A DNA stretch of 64,000 nt. It comes from Saccostrea echinata (Eukaryota). Location of the stretch: the NCBI RefSeq assembly GCF_033153115.1, contig NW_026889761.1, forward strand, positions 13,392,001 through 13,456,000. Reading direction: 5' to 3'. A model generated the notes under the pieces. It was not told the origin of the DNA. It saw nothing but the letters and a program-made list of their open reading frames with translations, and did no database searches. A program made the position numbers and the translations under genes. Of this stretch, positions 24,830 through 38,346 are shown piece by piece (positions within the stretch are counted from its first letter, which is position 1; each line of letters begins with the position of its first letter).

Positions 24830-25970
24830 TCGTGCATGTTAGCATATCAATCGCATATTGACATAAATATCTTGCAAGTTAAAAAAAAAATAAACTGCAT
24901 ATTGACATAAATCAGTTGCACGTCGATATAAGTATGTCACATGTCTAAATAATTATTATATTATATAACTATTTTGTGTCTTGCATCTAAGATGCGAGAT
25001 ACTGGCTTTAGTAAGTAAATTTACCCATATTTAAATCAGATTTTCTTAAAAGATTGGTAACTTGCATGTCGGCATAATTATCTTGCATGTTGACATATTT
25101 TTCTTGCATTTTGACATACCTTTCTTGCATGAAAATTTATTTTTCATGTAGGGGGCAGAAATATGCCACCATGGTGTTTAATTAAAAAAAAAATTTGATT
25201 TTTTTAATGCAAAACTTCTTGACACGAAGATTTTCAAAGTGGACTTGAATCTAATAGTTGTGATTTTAGTTGCGATTTTAAGAAAGGAGGTACAACATAT
25301 ATCTTGTCAATCAACAACATGTCTTAAGTATGGATAAATTATGTTAACATGCGAGAAAAGTATGTTAACATGCGAGAAAAGTATGTCAACATGCGAGAAG
25401 AGTATGTCAACATGCAAGATAATTATGTCTATATGTGCAATAATTATGTTGACATGCAAGTTACCATGTTTTTTGTTGAAAATCGTATTTTAATGTTGGT
25501 TTATTTACTTACTTGTCATGTTTAACATACTCGCATGTTGACATAAACAAATCGCATGTCAACATAAGTATGTTTAAAGTGACTTAATTAACCCCCATGT
25601 TGACATAAATAAGTCGCATGTCTTTTAAATTAACTAGCATGCTGACATAAACAAAGTGAATGTCTACATATTTATCTCTCATTTTGGCTTTTAAAAAATG
25701 CATCTCTACATAATTATTTCCCATGTTGAAATAAATAAGTCGCATGTCTGCATAATGATCTGGCATGTTGACGTAACTTAGTGGAATGTCAAGATAATTA
25801 TGTTGCATCCTGCATCTATGATGTCAGAATTTAACTTACCAACATAAAAATCAGACTTTAAAAAATGATTGGTAAGTTGCATGTCAACTTCATTTTTTTT
25901 CATGTAGATATAATTATCTTGCATGTTATCATGATTTATGTTGCATGTAGGGGGCAGAAATATGCCAACT
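24830..25970 (-). mobile_element. Two partial copies of a non-autonomous element with internal GCATGTTGACATAA-type repeats (IS3EU-like ends)
   Basis: Degenerate short repeats. The terminus CATGTAGGGGGCAGAAATATGCCA occurs at about 25145-25170 and 25944-25968. Confidence 0.6.
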
Positions 25971-26190
25971 TTCTCAAGACAGGAGAGCACAGACAAGTTT
26001 CTGAGTGCAGAGTGAAAATATATTCCATAGAAACAAAGTTTCAAGCTGCTCAAACACTTCAGGAATTTTGTCAAGAAAATAGATCCAAATTATCTTATAG
26101 TACAATCTGACTTAAATTCTATTTACGAAGAAATTTTATAAAATTCCGTGATTATTATTTTTATTTAAAATGTGATGGGTAATGTCATTC

Positions 26191-27323
26191 ATAGAAAGCT
26201 GTTTTTTCAATAAAAATGGAACTCGTAAATATACTTACCTTGTCATTTGTCATTTGTAGAATTATTTTGTTAAAAAAACATTCTAATTGTATACACAAGT
26301 ACTCTGAAGTTGATATTATAAAGATGCTTGAGTTTCTGATTGACAATTTCTATGTAGTGTTTGGAGATCAGGTCCTCCAACAATCTGTTGGAATTCCATG
26401 GGTGCAAATTGCGCCCCAAATTTAATTAGCAGACCTATTTTTGTATTCATATGAAGCAGAATTTATTCAAAAACTTCTACATAAGAAGAAGAAAACAATT
26501 GCTGTGGCCTTCAACTCGACATTTAGATATATCGACGACGTATTATCAATTAACAATAGTTACTTCTATCGATATATTGATATATCGACATACTCCAGTA
26601 AGCTTGAAATAAAAGATACCACAAAGTCTGGCACATCTGTTTTATATTTGGATATTTTACTAGAAAAAGACTTTAATGGTAACCTAATAACCAAGTTTTA
26701 TGATAAACATGATGACTTTAATTTTTCAGTCGTCAACTTCCCTTACTTATGTAGCAGTATACCCTTATCACCTGCTTATGGGGTTTTTGTCTCCCAGTTG
26801 ATTCGATTCGCAAGAGCATGCTCTGCGTATAAAAATTTCTAAAACGAGGCAAGCTATTGACAAACAAGTTGACGAGACAAGGGTATCAACAGTCTCATTT
26901 GAAGTAATCATTTCGCAACTTAAATGGTTGATACAATGACCTTGTCAGCGCAAATGCAGCCTTCCATTAGGTCAAATGCTGACTGACTTTTTTCATACTA
27001 ATTGTTAGGCCATTATTTACAAACTGAATTGTCTACGGATTTTTCTGTTTCTCGCGATCATGACAAGGAGCACATGGCAGGTGTGACCAGTCGACAGGGG
27101 ATGCCCGCTCCTTCATGGCACCTGATCCCACATCTGATGTTTCTGAAGGTCCGTGTTTGCTCATCGTCTCAAGCCACGGTCCGGAGTCCGCTCATAGCTC
27201 TCTGAATGGGAGAGGATCGTGCATTTGGCCGTGGTTTGCGGCGATGGTGTTTGCTCTGCTCCCGATTTGTATTGTTTAAATGGACTTTGAGCTTGAATAC
27301 TGTTTGTTTTCTCCATATTTCAT
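26191..27323 (+). mobile_element. Penelope-like (Naiad-type) RT, 5'-truncated decayed copy
   Basis: Contains QQSVGIP, YSYEAEFIQ, FRYIDDVLSINN (catalytic YxDD) and SPAYGVFVSQLIRFARACS with frameshifts, then the family 3' UTR ending TTTCAT. Confidence 0.9.
27162..27246. mobile_element. 85 bp hairpin MITE with 9 bp TSD
   Basis: TIRs CATCGTCTCAAGCCACGGTC / GGCCGTGGTTTGCGGCGATG. GTGTTTGCT is duplicated on both sides, and sister retroelement copies show the empty site. Confidence 0.85.
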
Positions 27324-28076
27324 TTATCAAAGTTATTGTAATTTAATTATTACCTCTCTAAATAAATGGTAATTGTAATGGGAAATTAAATTCCATTGTA
27401 ATTTATTGCATTACAATTCATAATAATTAACCTGGTCTGCAAACCTCAGGTGAAAAGTACTCTCTCTCTCTCTCTCTCTCACTCACACACACACACACAC
27501 ACACATAACTTCCTGTCTCATTTTTATTCGGAAGAGGTCTACAATTTTTTTTTATTATTCAGATTAAGTATATTAACAGGATTTCATACAACAAAAGGTT
27601 TGGGGCGACATCCTCATAATTAAAAAAAAAAATCAGCAACCCGCTGAGTGGCCCCTTCAGGGAATTCGGTCTGCAATTCTCACCCTTTGTGACGGTTTCA
27701 ATTTAAAAAAGAAATAAATCTTATTTTTTCCTTCAGTGGGTTCTGGATTTGGCGAAAACGCAATTCTACAATTCATTTCTTTTGTTTCATTATTTACCAA
27801 GAAGAGAAATTGCTTCTCTTCTAAAATATATTTTGTCATCCACAAGAATTCGATCTACAAAGAATATCTAGCCATCCTCAATTTCAGACAGACAATATCT
27901 GCTTAATACATAAGATTCAGCATGGCAATTTTTACCCAATGTAGACTAATTGGTAGTAATTGACTTTCAGGGAAGTATTTAAAAGAAAAAAAGTACAACG
28001 TCCATGCCCAATGGTTTGACTGTTTTTTAAGGTCACTCACGACATCCCTAATAAAAATAAACTGTTGACCATAGTA

Positions 28077-29164
28077 CGAGGGTTGTTTGGAAAGTTCGTG
28101 GACTATGCCAATGTTCGTTATACTATCTTCAAGAAATTTAAAATGAGCACATTATCATATGTAAAAATATTGATTTTGTTTAAGTGTGAAGTTTCATTCC
28201 ATGTGATTTAATAGAATTCATGTTATTTAATTTTAAAATCAACACGTATTGTAACCACGGAGAAAACTCAACAACACTCTAACGTCAACAAAAACATACC
28301 GACATTAGGTTCTCAAAAATACTATCCCTATACATTTCACACAGTATTGCCCAATACCAGTGCACTCATTAAAAACGTTTCTCTATCACTTGAAGTTTAT
28401 TTTCCTAACAATTGTCCCAGTAGCATTATTTTGTTTGTCAATGTTATATATTTTTCACTGCATAAGTGTGCTTTCACAAGATCAGCATCTGTGAAGCGCC
28501 AAACTCAGAGCATGACGTTACAAACTTTTCAATGTTTTTGAGAAGATTGTTACAGATAATCCGTTTTCTCACAGATTACCATCGTCTATAAGCAGAGTAG
28601 TCTATCATTCAAATACCGCTTGTACCATGTACACACACATGCATGGCTCGCTTTTGACATATTTTCTTTTTCCTCTGGCATTTTCAGAGTTTTTAATGGA
28701 GTTTTCCAGAGTACAACACAAAATTGTATGGTTAACTGCTGCTCCGTGACGTTCTACGACGTCATCTTTTTTGACCTTTTCAATGAGGACTACCTATCTT
28801 CTGAAACTGATTTCTTTTCAAAGAAGCAAAATATTAAGTCATAATTTGGAATTAGAAGAGATGAAACAATTTTTAATTTGAACGTGTAGAAATTACCCGA
28901 TTTTTAGTTTCATTTTACAGAAGATATGACCTCAGACATTATTTAGTGTCTTGATTGTAAATTACGAAATTTTGACCTGCTGCGTGATCCAGTTTTCGCA
29001 TTTTTTAAGTCTAAATAAGTTTGAAATAAACCATAATATTTTTAAAAATTTTAATACGCATCATTTAAATTTACTGTTGAAATATTTTGTTCCAAATTTG
29101 GATATAATATGACGTTAAGTAAAAAGTTATGACGGTAGTCCACGAACTTTCCGAACAACCCTCG
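28077..29164. mobile_element. Mariner-type non-autonomous element, 1.09 kb
   Basis: TA-CGAGGGTTGTTTGGAAAGTTCGTGGACTA and TAGTCCACGAACTTTCCGAACAACCCTCG-TA are near-perfect TIRs with a TA TSD. It appears nested in an older element with CCCTAA...TTAGGG ends (28046-29524). Confidence 0.9.
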
Positions 29165-29557
29165 TACTTCTAGTTATTTTTAGTTTACTCTAATATCAAA
29201 GTTCTCACTATAGTAAGTAAAAGTTTTCACTATAGTGAATCACAGTATTTTTTATATGGATTTCAGATTGTTCTATTTTATGTTCTAAAATCCATACATG
29301 TAAATGTTTTTTTTATATTGAATGGAAGTATTTCTTGTAAATTAACATATAATTCACAATTTTTTAGTCATTGATATTGAATTTAAGAGATTTTAATCTT
29401 TAAAATTAAAAAAAAAATTAAAGAGTAAAGTTTCATAGTAAATCAAAGTTTCAAAGTATTTACTATAGTAAACTATAGTAAACTATAGTGAACTATAATT
29501 AACTTTAGTAATTTTTTGTTAGGGAAAAGTTATTTCAAGGAAATTTTGAGAATTATA

Positions 29558-29775
29558 CTGTAGATTCCTAAATATACGCGAGGAATTAATTATCGCGTAA
29601 TTACGCGAGAAGAACCACTTGCGAAATAAAATTACTCGCATTTTATTTTTATGGTGCTGAAATCTATGTAAAATCCCTTGATCAACCGTCCACTCGCGAA
29701 TTATTGTTCTCGCGATTTGATGTGAAAAAGCCATTTCGCGATAATAAGTACTCGCGGAAAATAAGGAATCTACAG
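29558..29775. mobile_element. TA-flanked MITE (Tc1/mariner-pogo type)
   Basis: TA-CTGTAGATTCC...GGAATCTACAG-TA with CGCG-rich internal repeats. Confidence 0.85.
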
Positions 29776-29883
29776 TAGTTTTAATAACTACTCGTGTAAG
29801 AGGACTAAAAATTGCAAAGAAAATTGGGGGTCACTGTGCGTCTTAGTGAGCAACAGTACAATTAATTTGTCCTTTTTGCACTT

Positions 29884-31712
29884 TAAAAGGTCCTAAATAT
29901 AGGGGACCCCGATCCTTCAACTGGCGTCGGAATTTCATACATATTATATATTCTGTAGAGGATTACGCCAGGCGATGGGCCAGACATGAAAAAGAAGACC
30001 TTGACACTTTGTCAGAATGGATTAAATGTATCAGACGTATGTTAAAATCGCGCATCAAAAGATTGAGGGGCAATATGAGAACCATCTATCCTTCTGTATT
30101 CAGAAATCCAGAGTCGAAAAAAGAATTAGATAGATTACATGATCAGTACGTACTGGTCCCTGCTGACAAAGCAGGTAACAACATTGTCTTTTTTTGTAAG
30201 GCTCATTATATTAAATGTATTTTAGAGGAACTTGGATTTAATTTTACAAGTGGTAATCCAACTTATACTCATAGTTTCCTTTCTAAGGAAGACCTTCTTG
30301 AAAATCATATGTCAGTTTTGAATATTTTTAATATTCCAAACAACCAAAATGAATTTGAATTACCATATTTATATTGGATTCCGAAACTTCATAAAAATCC
30401 TTACAAAGATACATAGCGGGTTCCAGTAAATGTTCAACCAAGCCTCTTTCTTTACTCCTCACTAAGATATTAACAGTAGTGAAGGAGAAACTTCAAGAGT
30501 ACTGTGTAACAATATGTTCGAGAAGTGGTGTAAATCAGATGTGGATACTTAAAAATTCCAAGGAACTTTTGGAAATTTGGAAAAGTTGAAATCACAAGAT
30601 TTTACCAAAATCAACAGCTTAAAACCTTACGACTTTTCAACTTTATACACATACATTCCCCACGATAAATTAAAGTCCAGGCTTTTTTATATCATTGACA
30701 GCTGCTTTTTTCAATAAAAATGGAACTCGTAAATTTACTTACCTTGTCATTGGTCATTTGCGAAATTATTTTGTTAAAAAACATTCTGATTGTATACACA
30801 AGTACTCTGAAGTTGACATTAAAAAGATGCTTGAATTTCTGATTGACAATATCTATGTGGTTTTTGGAGACCAGGTCTTCCAACAATCTATTGGAATTCC
30901 CATGGGTACCAATTGCACCCCGTTATTAGCAGACCTTTTCTGTATTCATATGAAGCAGAATTTGTCCAAAATCCTGTACGTGAAAAGAAGAAAACAATTG
31001 CTGTGGCCTTCAACTCGACTTTTAGATATGTCGACGACGTATTGTCAATTAACAATGGCTATTTCAATTCTTATGTTGATACGATATATCCCGGTGAGCT
31101 TGAGATAAAAGATACCACAGAGTCTGACACAACTGTTTCTTATTTGGATATTTTACTTGAAAAAGACGTTAATGGTACTCTAACAACCAAGCTTTATGAT
31201 AAACGTGATGACTTTAACTTTTCAATCGTCAACTTCCCTTAATTATGCAGCAATATACTTTCATCACCTGCATACGGGGTATATATCTCTCAGTGGATTC
31301 GATACGCAAGAGCATGCTCTACGTATGTACAATTTCTAAAACGAGGTAAATTATTGACAAACAAGTTGATGAAACAAGAATATCAGCTGCCTCGTTTAAA
31401 GTCATCATTTCGTAAGTTCTATGGTCGATACATTGACCTTGTCAGCAAATACAATTTATCATTGAGTAAAATGCTGACAGACGTTTTTCATACCAATTGT
31501 TAGGGCATTATTTACACACTGAATTGTCGACGGATTTTTCCGTTATTTCCCGATCATGAAAAGGAGCACACGGTCGGCAGGGGATGCTCACTCCTCCATG
31601 GCACCTGATCCTACCTCTGATGTTTGGAGGTCCGTGTTTGCTCTGCTCCTATTTTTTTTTGTTTGATGGACTTTTGAGCTTGAATACTGTTCGTTATCTC
31701 CATACATTTCAT
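29884..31712 (+). mobile_element. Penelope-like (Naiad-type) retroelement, longest copy (RT region plus 3' UTR), frameshifted
   Basis: Motifs in order: KGPKYR, LVPADKAGNN, LPYLYWIPKLHKNP, YDFSTLYT, GIPMGTNCTPLLADLF, FRYVDDVLSINN, KLYDKRDDFNFSIVNFP. The ORF ends after the RT thumb with no C-terminal GIY-YIG, as in N-terminal-endonuclease PLEs. Confidence 0.9.
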
Positions 31713-32356
31713 GGTAACTTTTGGTAATCACTTTTACGTTCATCATATTTTTATCAGATGCAATCATGAAAATTAATATATTCTTCCTGAAAAAAAAATC
31801 TTGCAAATTAAAAATAGTTTGAATAATATTTATAAAAAAAAATCTAGCAAATAATCAAATTATCGAGTGACCTTTTTGCACTAATAAAATATCATATTTG
31901 GGTTATTTTAAATCAAATATTTTATTATGTCAAACTTTTTTATGACTTAAGTAACTTTAACCTATGTTTATTTAATATCTATTGAATAAAAAAGTTCTGC
32001 TCCTTGTAAATTGCAATTATTCTCCAAGATAATATCGGTGGTAAATGAAGCATTCAATGAGATATTTTTCAATCATCAAGGGAAAAAACACTATGTCAGT
32101 TCTCTCCAAAATCAGTTCATCAAATTTATGTTGCTAACTAAGAATAATTATACAATATGTATAAGTCTACATGTCTTTCAGCTTGTATGTAAGAATGTAA
32201 TGTTTCCAAGGACAAAAAAATCGGTGGGTTTTTTTTTAATCAATAACAGTAATAATTCAACTGAAGAAAAACTGACAGATATTAAAAATTTACCGACAGT
32301 AAGGACTTATATATAACAAGAAAATAAATCAGAGTAATACAGATAATTATAGAATT

Positions 32357-32362
<6 letters not shown>

Positions 32363-32405
<43 letters not shown>
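32363..32405. repeat. (GA)n microsatellite
   Basis: Direct observation. Confidence 0.95.
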
Positions 32406-32408
<3 letters not shown>

Positions 32409-32445
32409 CATGGAAAGAAAAAATAAATTATATTATAGAATACAT

Positions 32446-32476
<31 letters not shown>

Positions 32477-33179
32477 TTCAATTTTTTTTTTAAAGAATGA
32501 GAGTATAAAAATTAGATTTGTTTAATTTTAACACTATTTTATCTACTTTCTTTAATATGAATTTTTCCTTTTCCTTGTCTAAATCAATTGATGGTGCTAA
32601 ATGGCTCATCCGAAAAAAAAAAGATATATGCAGTTTATCACAAAATGACATAAATTCACATATACCAGGCTATATCATTTATTACGAACAACATTTTGCT
32701 AAAAGTTCCCCTGGAGGTAGTATGGAATTTCCATTTTCCATTAAAATGCACGGGTCTGAAGACGATGATATGTCTCAATGCATGTTGAATTACTTTGTGC
32801 CTAGAGTTATGCGTTTTCTTTCCTTTCAAGTTCAGCGGATCTAGAGCAATTTGGCTGTCCAAAAGACATTGTACTTATCCAGAAGTGAAAATGAAACAGA
32901 CATAGGTCTGTGAATATGAAGGTGACATACTGAAAACCCTGGAGAATAGTATTTTCTAAGCCTTACATGAATTATGTCACATTGCTAATATACCTCATAA
33001 CCTGCCTACACAAATTTGAGCTTAAGAAATTTAAGCAGGACATTCTCGTGTGCAGAATAACATATCACATGTTGCACACAAATGTATATCTTGCATATGA
33101 AGGATGAGGTCCCCCGAGGGAGACATAAAACTTCAAACCTGCTTTACTTTGTTTTCAGCCTTCATCTTTTCTTTTAACA

Positions 33180-33605
33180 CCAAATCATATCTAAAGTGGT
33201 TACCAGCAAAATCTGAAATTTTACCACCAAAGCATGTCTCAACTGCTTACCAACAAAACATATCTGAAATCTTACCATCAAAGCATATCTCAATTACTTA
33301 CCGACAAAACATATATGAAATGTTACAAATAAAGCACATCACAATTTCTTACCACCAAAGCATATTTCAAGAGCTTATCACCAATGCATTCTCAGTTAAT
33401 AGCTTAGCACCAAAACATTTCTCAAGAGCTAAATACCAAATACATATCGCAAGAGCTTACCACTAAAACATATCTCAAGAGCTTAAACCAAAACAGGTCT
33501 CAGGAGCTTTCAACCAAAACATATTTAAAGTGTTTCTGGGAGTGTACCATTAAAACATATCTCAAGAGCTTACCACCAATACATATCTCAAGAGCTTATC
33601 ACCAT
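33180..33605. repeat. Degenerate minisatellite, about 26 bp unit CAAAACATATCTCAAGAGCTTACCAC
   Basis: Recurring CATATCTCAAGAGCTT/TTACCACC motifs. It explains ORF 33104-33466. Confidence 0.8.
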
Positions 33606-34156
33606 GGCACGTCAAAATAGCTGAAAATGTGAGATAGCATTTTTTAAAAGGTATGTGATAAATATGTCTCGTTTTAAAACCCAAATAAAAAAATTTATGT
33701 ACACCTATATCTAGTTCGTGTTGATAATAACCTTCATGCAATCTGATCAATTAAACCCTAATATTTACATCTATCTCTAAATACTTCAAAAATATTCTTG
33801 TAAATCATCCATCTAAGAAAAAAAGCCGGCTGGCTACAGATTGAAAAGTGTTGATATAATACTTTTTTGTTATTTTACAGGTTACAATGAATTTTATGCA
33901 GTCTTTTAGGTTCATTTAGGACTGAAGCTTTTAAAGGAATCGGTTATATGATGTTAATATCTAATATTTCTACGAAATAATTATCTGAAAAAGTTGAAAC
34001 AAAATAAGCACTTGATTCCCAGAATATGTTCATAAGTTAAATTCTTGGTACAGCAAAAAATACTTAAATAGATAAACAGATTAAATAAAACCTCTAAAGT
34101 AAAATTAATGATTTTATTCAATTTAGAATGTAGCATTCTATTTTTTATTAATTTAA

Positions 34157-34157
<1 letters not shown>

Positions 34158-34232
<75 letters not shown>
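34158..34232. repeat. (TA)n microsatellite
   Basis: Direct observation. Confidence 0.97.
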
Positions 34233-34238
<6 letters not shown>

Positions 34239-35099
34239 GAATATTTTTTATTTTTAGTATACTTGATATATATATTATATATAACCATGATTTCTGAAAG
34301 TGTAATGTCATAAGATTTATGACTCTGACATAATCAAAGTCCAGTTTTTCTAGAGTTCTGTCGATAAAACTTGATTGAGTGTTACGATGACTGTGGCATA
34401 AAACCCCCCAATTACATTATTTTCACATGGAGAACCTATTTTAATGAGAGCTTTTCTTTTTCTTCGGCTGGTAATATCCTATTCTCGTTTTCCCTATGTG
34501 CTTCATGCTCGCAGAGGGCGAGAGTAATCAGTTGTATAAATGGCAGAGTGAAAATAAATCACGGAGATCAATTCCTGCTGATCCCACAGACGGACATAGC
34601 TCCTTGAGTTTTCACTGTTAAATTGAACGACAAGGAAAATGATCACGAAACAGCTAATCAAACCTAGTTTCTTGTTAACACGAACATTGTCTATGGAATA
34701 AGCCTAAGATACATTTAAATTGTTGTTAATTGCTTAAATTTTACGAAGCCTTTTTATCGTTTGCAAAACAGTTGAACCTCCGGGATCACTTTGTCCAGCT
34801 TCTATAGGCGTGTAAATGATGTCACCTGAGTCTGGTACGAAGGTAAATGAAGTAGATAAATTCAATTATGATTGTGTTTTCATTTGGCAGAGGTACCCAT
34901 TTCTTGAACTTAACGACTTGTGTCTTCTCTGAGTTCAGAAATAGATTCCCCAAGCAACCCACAAGTGTATCATTTGGTAGCCTAGCTACACTATTTTTTT
35001 TCTTAAGTTCAATTTATTCACTCATACCAAAATATTGGTACATTTCGAAAGCCTTTTAGGGTCACTCTATGGGGAAAGAGTTAAAAATTAATTGTGTTA

Positions 35100-35595
35100 A
35101 TCGCGTTAATAACCCGAAAAAGGTAATAACGCAAAAAGGAGTTATTATGCCTTACCAGAAGACGTACTAATGCGAAACAAGGAAATATAATAAAAAACTT
35201 ATTTTACCTGGAAATTATTGAAACTACGAATTTCGGGATGCGTTTGATTGACACATGACATATAAGTCATGATATTAGACAGAAAATTTGAGAAATTATT
35301 AACTTCAAATCTGTGTCTATGTGCCTTTAAACAAGGCGTTATTACACCTTTTAACAAGGCATAATAACGCAAAGTGAAAGGCGCAATAACGCAAGAAAAA
35401 CGTAATAATGCAAAAAAGGCGTTATTACGCCTTTACAAAAGGCGTTATAATGCAAAGTAAAAAAGCGTGCTAACATGAAGAAGTGTAAAGGCATTAATAC
35501 GCCTTTCCATTTTACGTTATTACGTCTTTCAAAAAGGCATTATAACTACGCCTTTTCAAAATGTATTCTAACGTGAAATGGAAAGGCGTTATCAT
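35100..35595. repeat. Degenerate array of AAGGCGTTATTACGCC-type motifs, probable non-autonomous transposon interior
   Basis: Many GGCGTTATTA/TAATAACGC motifs in both orientations. The ends were not resolved. Confidence 0.55.
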
Positions 35596-35597
35596 AA

Positions 35598-35691
35598 TAA
35601 ACACGAACCCCCGGAAATTCCAGAGGTGGGATCAGGTGCCTAGGAGGAGCGTACAAGCATCCCCTGTTGACCGGTCACACCCGTTGTGAGC
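35598..35691 (-). mobile_element. Penelope-like 3' UTR fragment
   Basis: CCAGAGGTGGGATCAGGTGCCTAGGAGGAG...CATCCCCTGTTGACCGGTCACACCCG is the reverse complement of the family 3' element. Confidence 0.85.
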
Positions 35692-35735
35692 ACTACATGT
35701 ATGTATTAATCAGGTAGACAGAACATTCCTTAGTC

Positions 35736-36303
35736 AAAGAAGATGGGCGAACAAGGCGAGCACAATGCCTATAGTGCCACAAACATGAAGGTGAAAAATT
35801 AAATCTCATTTTTAACAAAGTTTTCTTTGATATTTCATCTAAGATTAAAGTATACTTCATGTAAAATCTCCACAATTTGCAAAAATCTCACAAAGATTGA
35901 AATTATTTGCCTATGAAATCGCATACAAACACTAAAGAGGCCAAAAAGGATCATTTTCTCATATTATAACACGGTATGAGTGGGTCTTCGCTCTAAATTT
36001 TTGAAAGTTTATCCTCAAAGTTTGTTTAAAAATATACATTTTTTGGTTAACATAAACATGGAGCAAAGACCCAATATACCTTAAAAATACACTTCTATGT
36101 CACAACATTTGCATGTTTTCGAGAAATACTTGAAGTCCATTTAGTCAAGGGTCATATCACAAACAGTTTTGTTTTGTTTATCATAATTTCATAAATTTCA
36201 ATAATGAAAACTCTACCCTAAAAGCTAATTTCACAAATTGATTATGATTTTTATATATTTGAAGCTGAAGGCATTCTGCTGTCCTTGTTCACCCATCTCC
36301 TTT
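35736..36303. mobile_element. TIR element family AAAGAAGATGGGC..., copy 1
   Basis: TIR AAAGAAGATGGGCGAACAAGG / CCTTGTTCACCCATCTCCTTT. The interior is homologous to 50949-51693 and 58623-59388. Confidence 0.75.
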
Positions 36304-36314
36304 TGAATAAAAAC

Positions 36315-37530
36315 GAAGGCCTAACAATATGAAATAAGCCAGCCAAAATACGACAGAATGATTATATTTGTTGACAAGGTCATAATAACGATCATAAAAA
36401 ATACGAAATGCTGACTTAAACGAGGTTGTTGAAATTCCTGTAACATCAACTTATCTGTCAGTAGCCTGCCTCGGTTTAAAAAATGATCGTACTCGAAGCA
36501 TGCTCTTGAATATCGAATAAGTTGTGAGGCGTAAGAATATTACTAGTACATAAATAAGGAAAGTGGGCGATGGAAAAGCTGAAGTCATACAATTTAGTTG
36601 TTAGTTGGCCCTTGTCGTCTGTAGTCAGTAAAACATCCAAATATGAATCATATGTGGCAGACATTGTGGTGACTTTTATTTAAAGCTCACTGGGATATAT
36701 CGAGTCGACACATGAATGGAAGTAACTATTGTTAAATGATAAAACATTGTCGATGTATTTGAACGTCTGAGTTGAAGGCCCAATAAGTGTTTCCTTCTTC
36801 TTATGCAGGAGTTTTTGAATACATTCTGCTTCTAGGAGTATAAAAGCAGGTCGGCTAATAAATTAGCACAATTACTGCCCATTGAAATTCCAACAGTTTG
36901 TTGGAAGACCTCGTCTCTGAAGACTACATAAATGTTGTCGATGGGGAACTCCAGCATCCGTTTAATATCACCTTCAGAGTACTTTTGTGTAGAATCAGAG
37001 TTGTTTTAACAAAGAATTTTGTTTCTGACCAATCACAAGATACGAAAAATTCCGAGTTCCATTTTCATTGAAAAAGCGATTGTTTATGATATCAAAAAGA
37101 CTAGTTTTTAATCTATTGTGAGGAATGGTTGTAAAAAGTGCAGAAAAGTCGTACGTTTGAATGTTATTGACTTAAGAAAAAATTGTTGATTTTAAATTTT
37201 GTAAAAGTTCTTTGTAGTTTTTGAGAATCCATATCTGATTTACAACACTTCTAGAATAAGCTGTATAGTACAGTATGTCTGAAGTTTTTCCTTAACAGCA
37301 TTTCATATCTTTGTAAGGAATAAAGATAGGGGCTTGGTAGAACATTTGCTTACCTGGCAATGTATCTTTGTTTGTAAGGATTTTATTTATGAATTTTAGG
37401 AATCCAGTATAGGTAGGGTCTAAATCCTTTAGTTGACTGGAATGTTGAAAGTATTAAACACTGCAATGTGATTTGAAGAATTTCATCCTTAGAAAGTGAA
37501 CTGTGAGTATAAGTTGGATTTTCAGACAAT
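36315..37530 (-). mobile_element. Penelope-like (Naiad-type) RT, decayed copy
   Basis: Minus-strand remnants: NPTYTHSSLSKDEILQ, PYLYWIPKIHK, YDFS, MGSNCANLLADL, KYIDNVLS and SYLDVLL..LTTKLYD. Confidence 0.85.
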
Positions 37531-37610
37531 CTGATTAAAATCAGATCTTTGGTAGGCTCCGAAATTCTGACACTTTGTACAGCGACTGTTAGGATTTCGG
37601 GGCTTAGCAA

Positions 37611-37815
37611 AGATTGATTGATTGATTGTATATTGTTTTACGTCCCGCTCGAGAATTTTTCGCCCATATAGAGACGTCACCATATTCCGGTGAAGGAATT
37701 CAAATTTTAACCTTTACTCGGCACTCAGGGCCATTGGGCAGTGAGGGATCTTTATCCTGCCAACGCCTGCGTGACACGGGGCCTTGATTCTTAAGGTCTC
37801 ATCCAAAGGACCTGC
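37611..37815 (-). mobile_element. SINE 3' portion with (CAAT)n tail
   Basis: (GATT)n followed by GTTTTACGTCCCGCTCGAGAATTTTTC...; aligns with 48631-48830. Confidence 0.85.
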
Positions 37816-38346
37816 GTAACAAAGAACTGATTTTATTCAGACTGAATTTCCAGACGCAGAGTTAAAACCGAGTTCTTCTAAAAATGAACCTTACAAACAA
37901 AGACGATATTGTTACAAGCCTTGTCTGCTGAACTTTTACATATTGTTCATGTAGTCTTTGTAATTGTCCTAATTGAGTCTTTTAGCTGTGTTTATAAGTG
38001 CGAATATATTCTACATGATACCGGGATACAGATAGTATTTTTGTGTTGTCTCAATTAAAGCTGGAGTTTAGAAACCGACCAAAGCTAAGGTTAAATGTTC
38101 TGCAAGGAAAATAGGATAGGTTCTTAAAATATCATAATGTTTCTTGGGAGTAAAAAGACTTCGGATTTTTTCTCTTAATAACATGTCAATTTTCAATGTA
38201 AATGATAGTTTGTGAACGTCAAAATCACTGGAGAGAGGGTTGCGCCACGATTCGGGTTTAAAAATGTTATTTGAATTTTAAGACTTCTTACAAATATGCA
38301 ACGATAAGTTTATATAATCTGTGTACTTCGTATAAAACGACAATAT

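Larger units (their letters stand above)
24571..27439. mobile_element. MITE with CAG termini and GTAAT-rich subterminal repeats, expanded by nested insertions
   Basis: CAGGCCTGG at the left and CCTGGTCTG at the right, CAAACC on both flanks, and GTAAT/ATTAC arrays at 24585-24730 and 27330-27430. Confidence 0.5.

Noticed and set aside
29884-31712. Active retroelement, bacterial retron/group II RT, or selenoprotein-encoding Naiad
   Set aside because: It has multiple frameshifts and is 5'-truncated, and the motifs are PLE-type. I saw no TGA codons at conserved cysteine positions and no recognisable SECIS.
32518-32862. Overlapping ORFs of 108 and 68 aa in unique sequence
   Set aside because: No recognisable domain, no convincing splice structure and non-ATG starts.
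33104-33466. 120 aa repetitive ORF
   Set aside because: It is a translation of a degenerate 26 bp minisatellite whose period is not a multiple of three.
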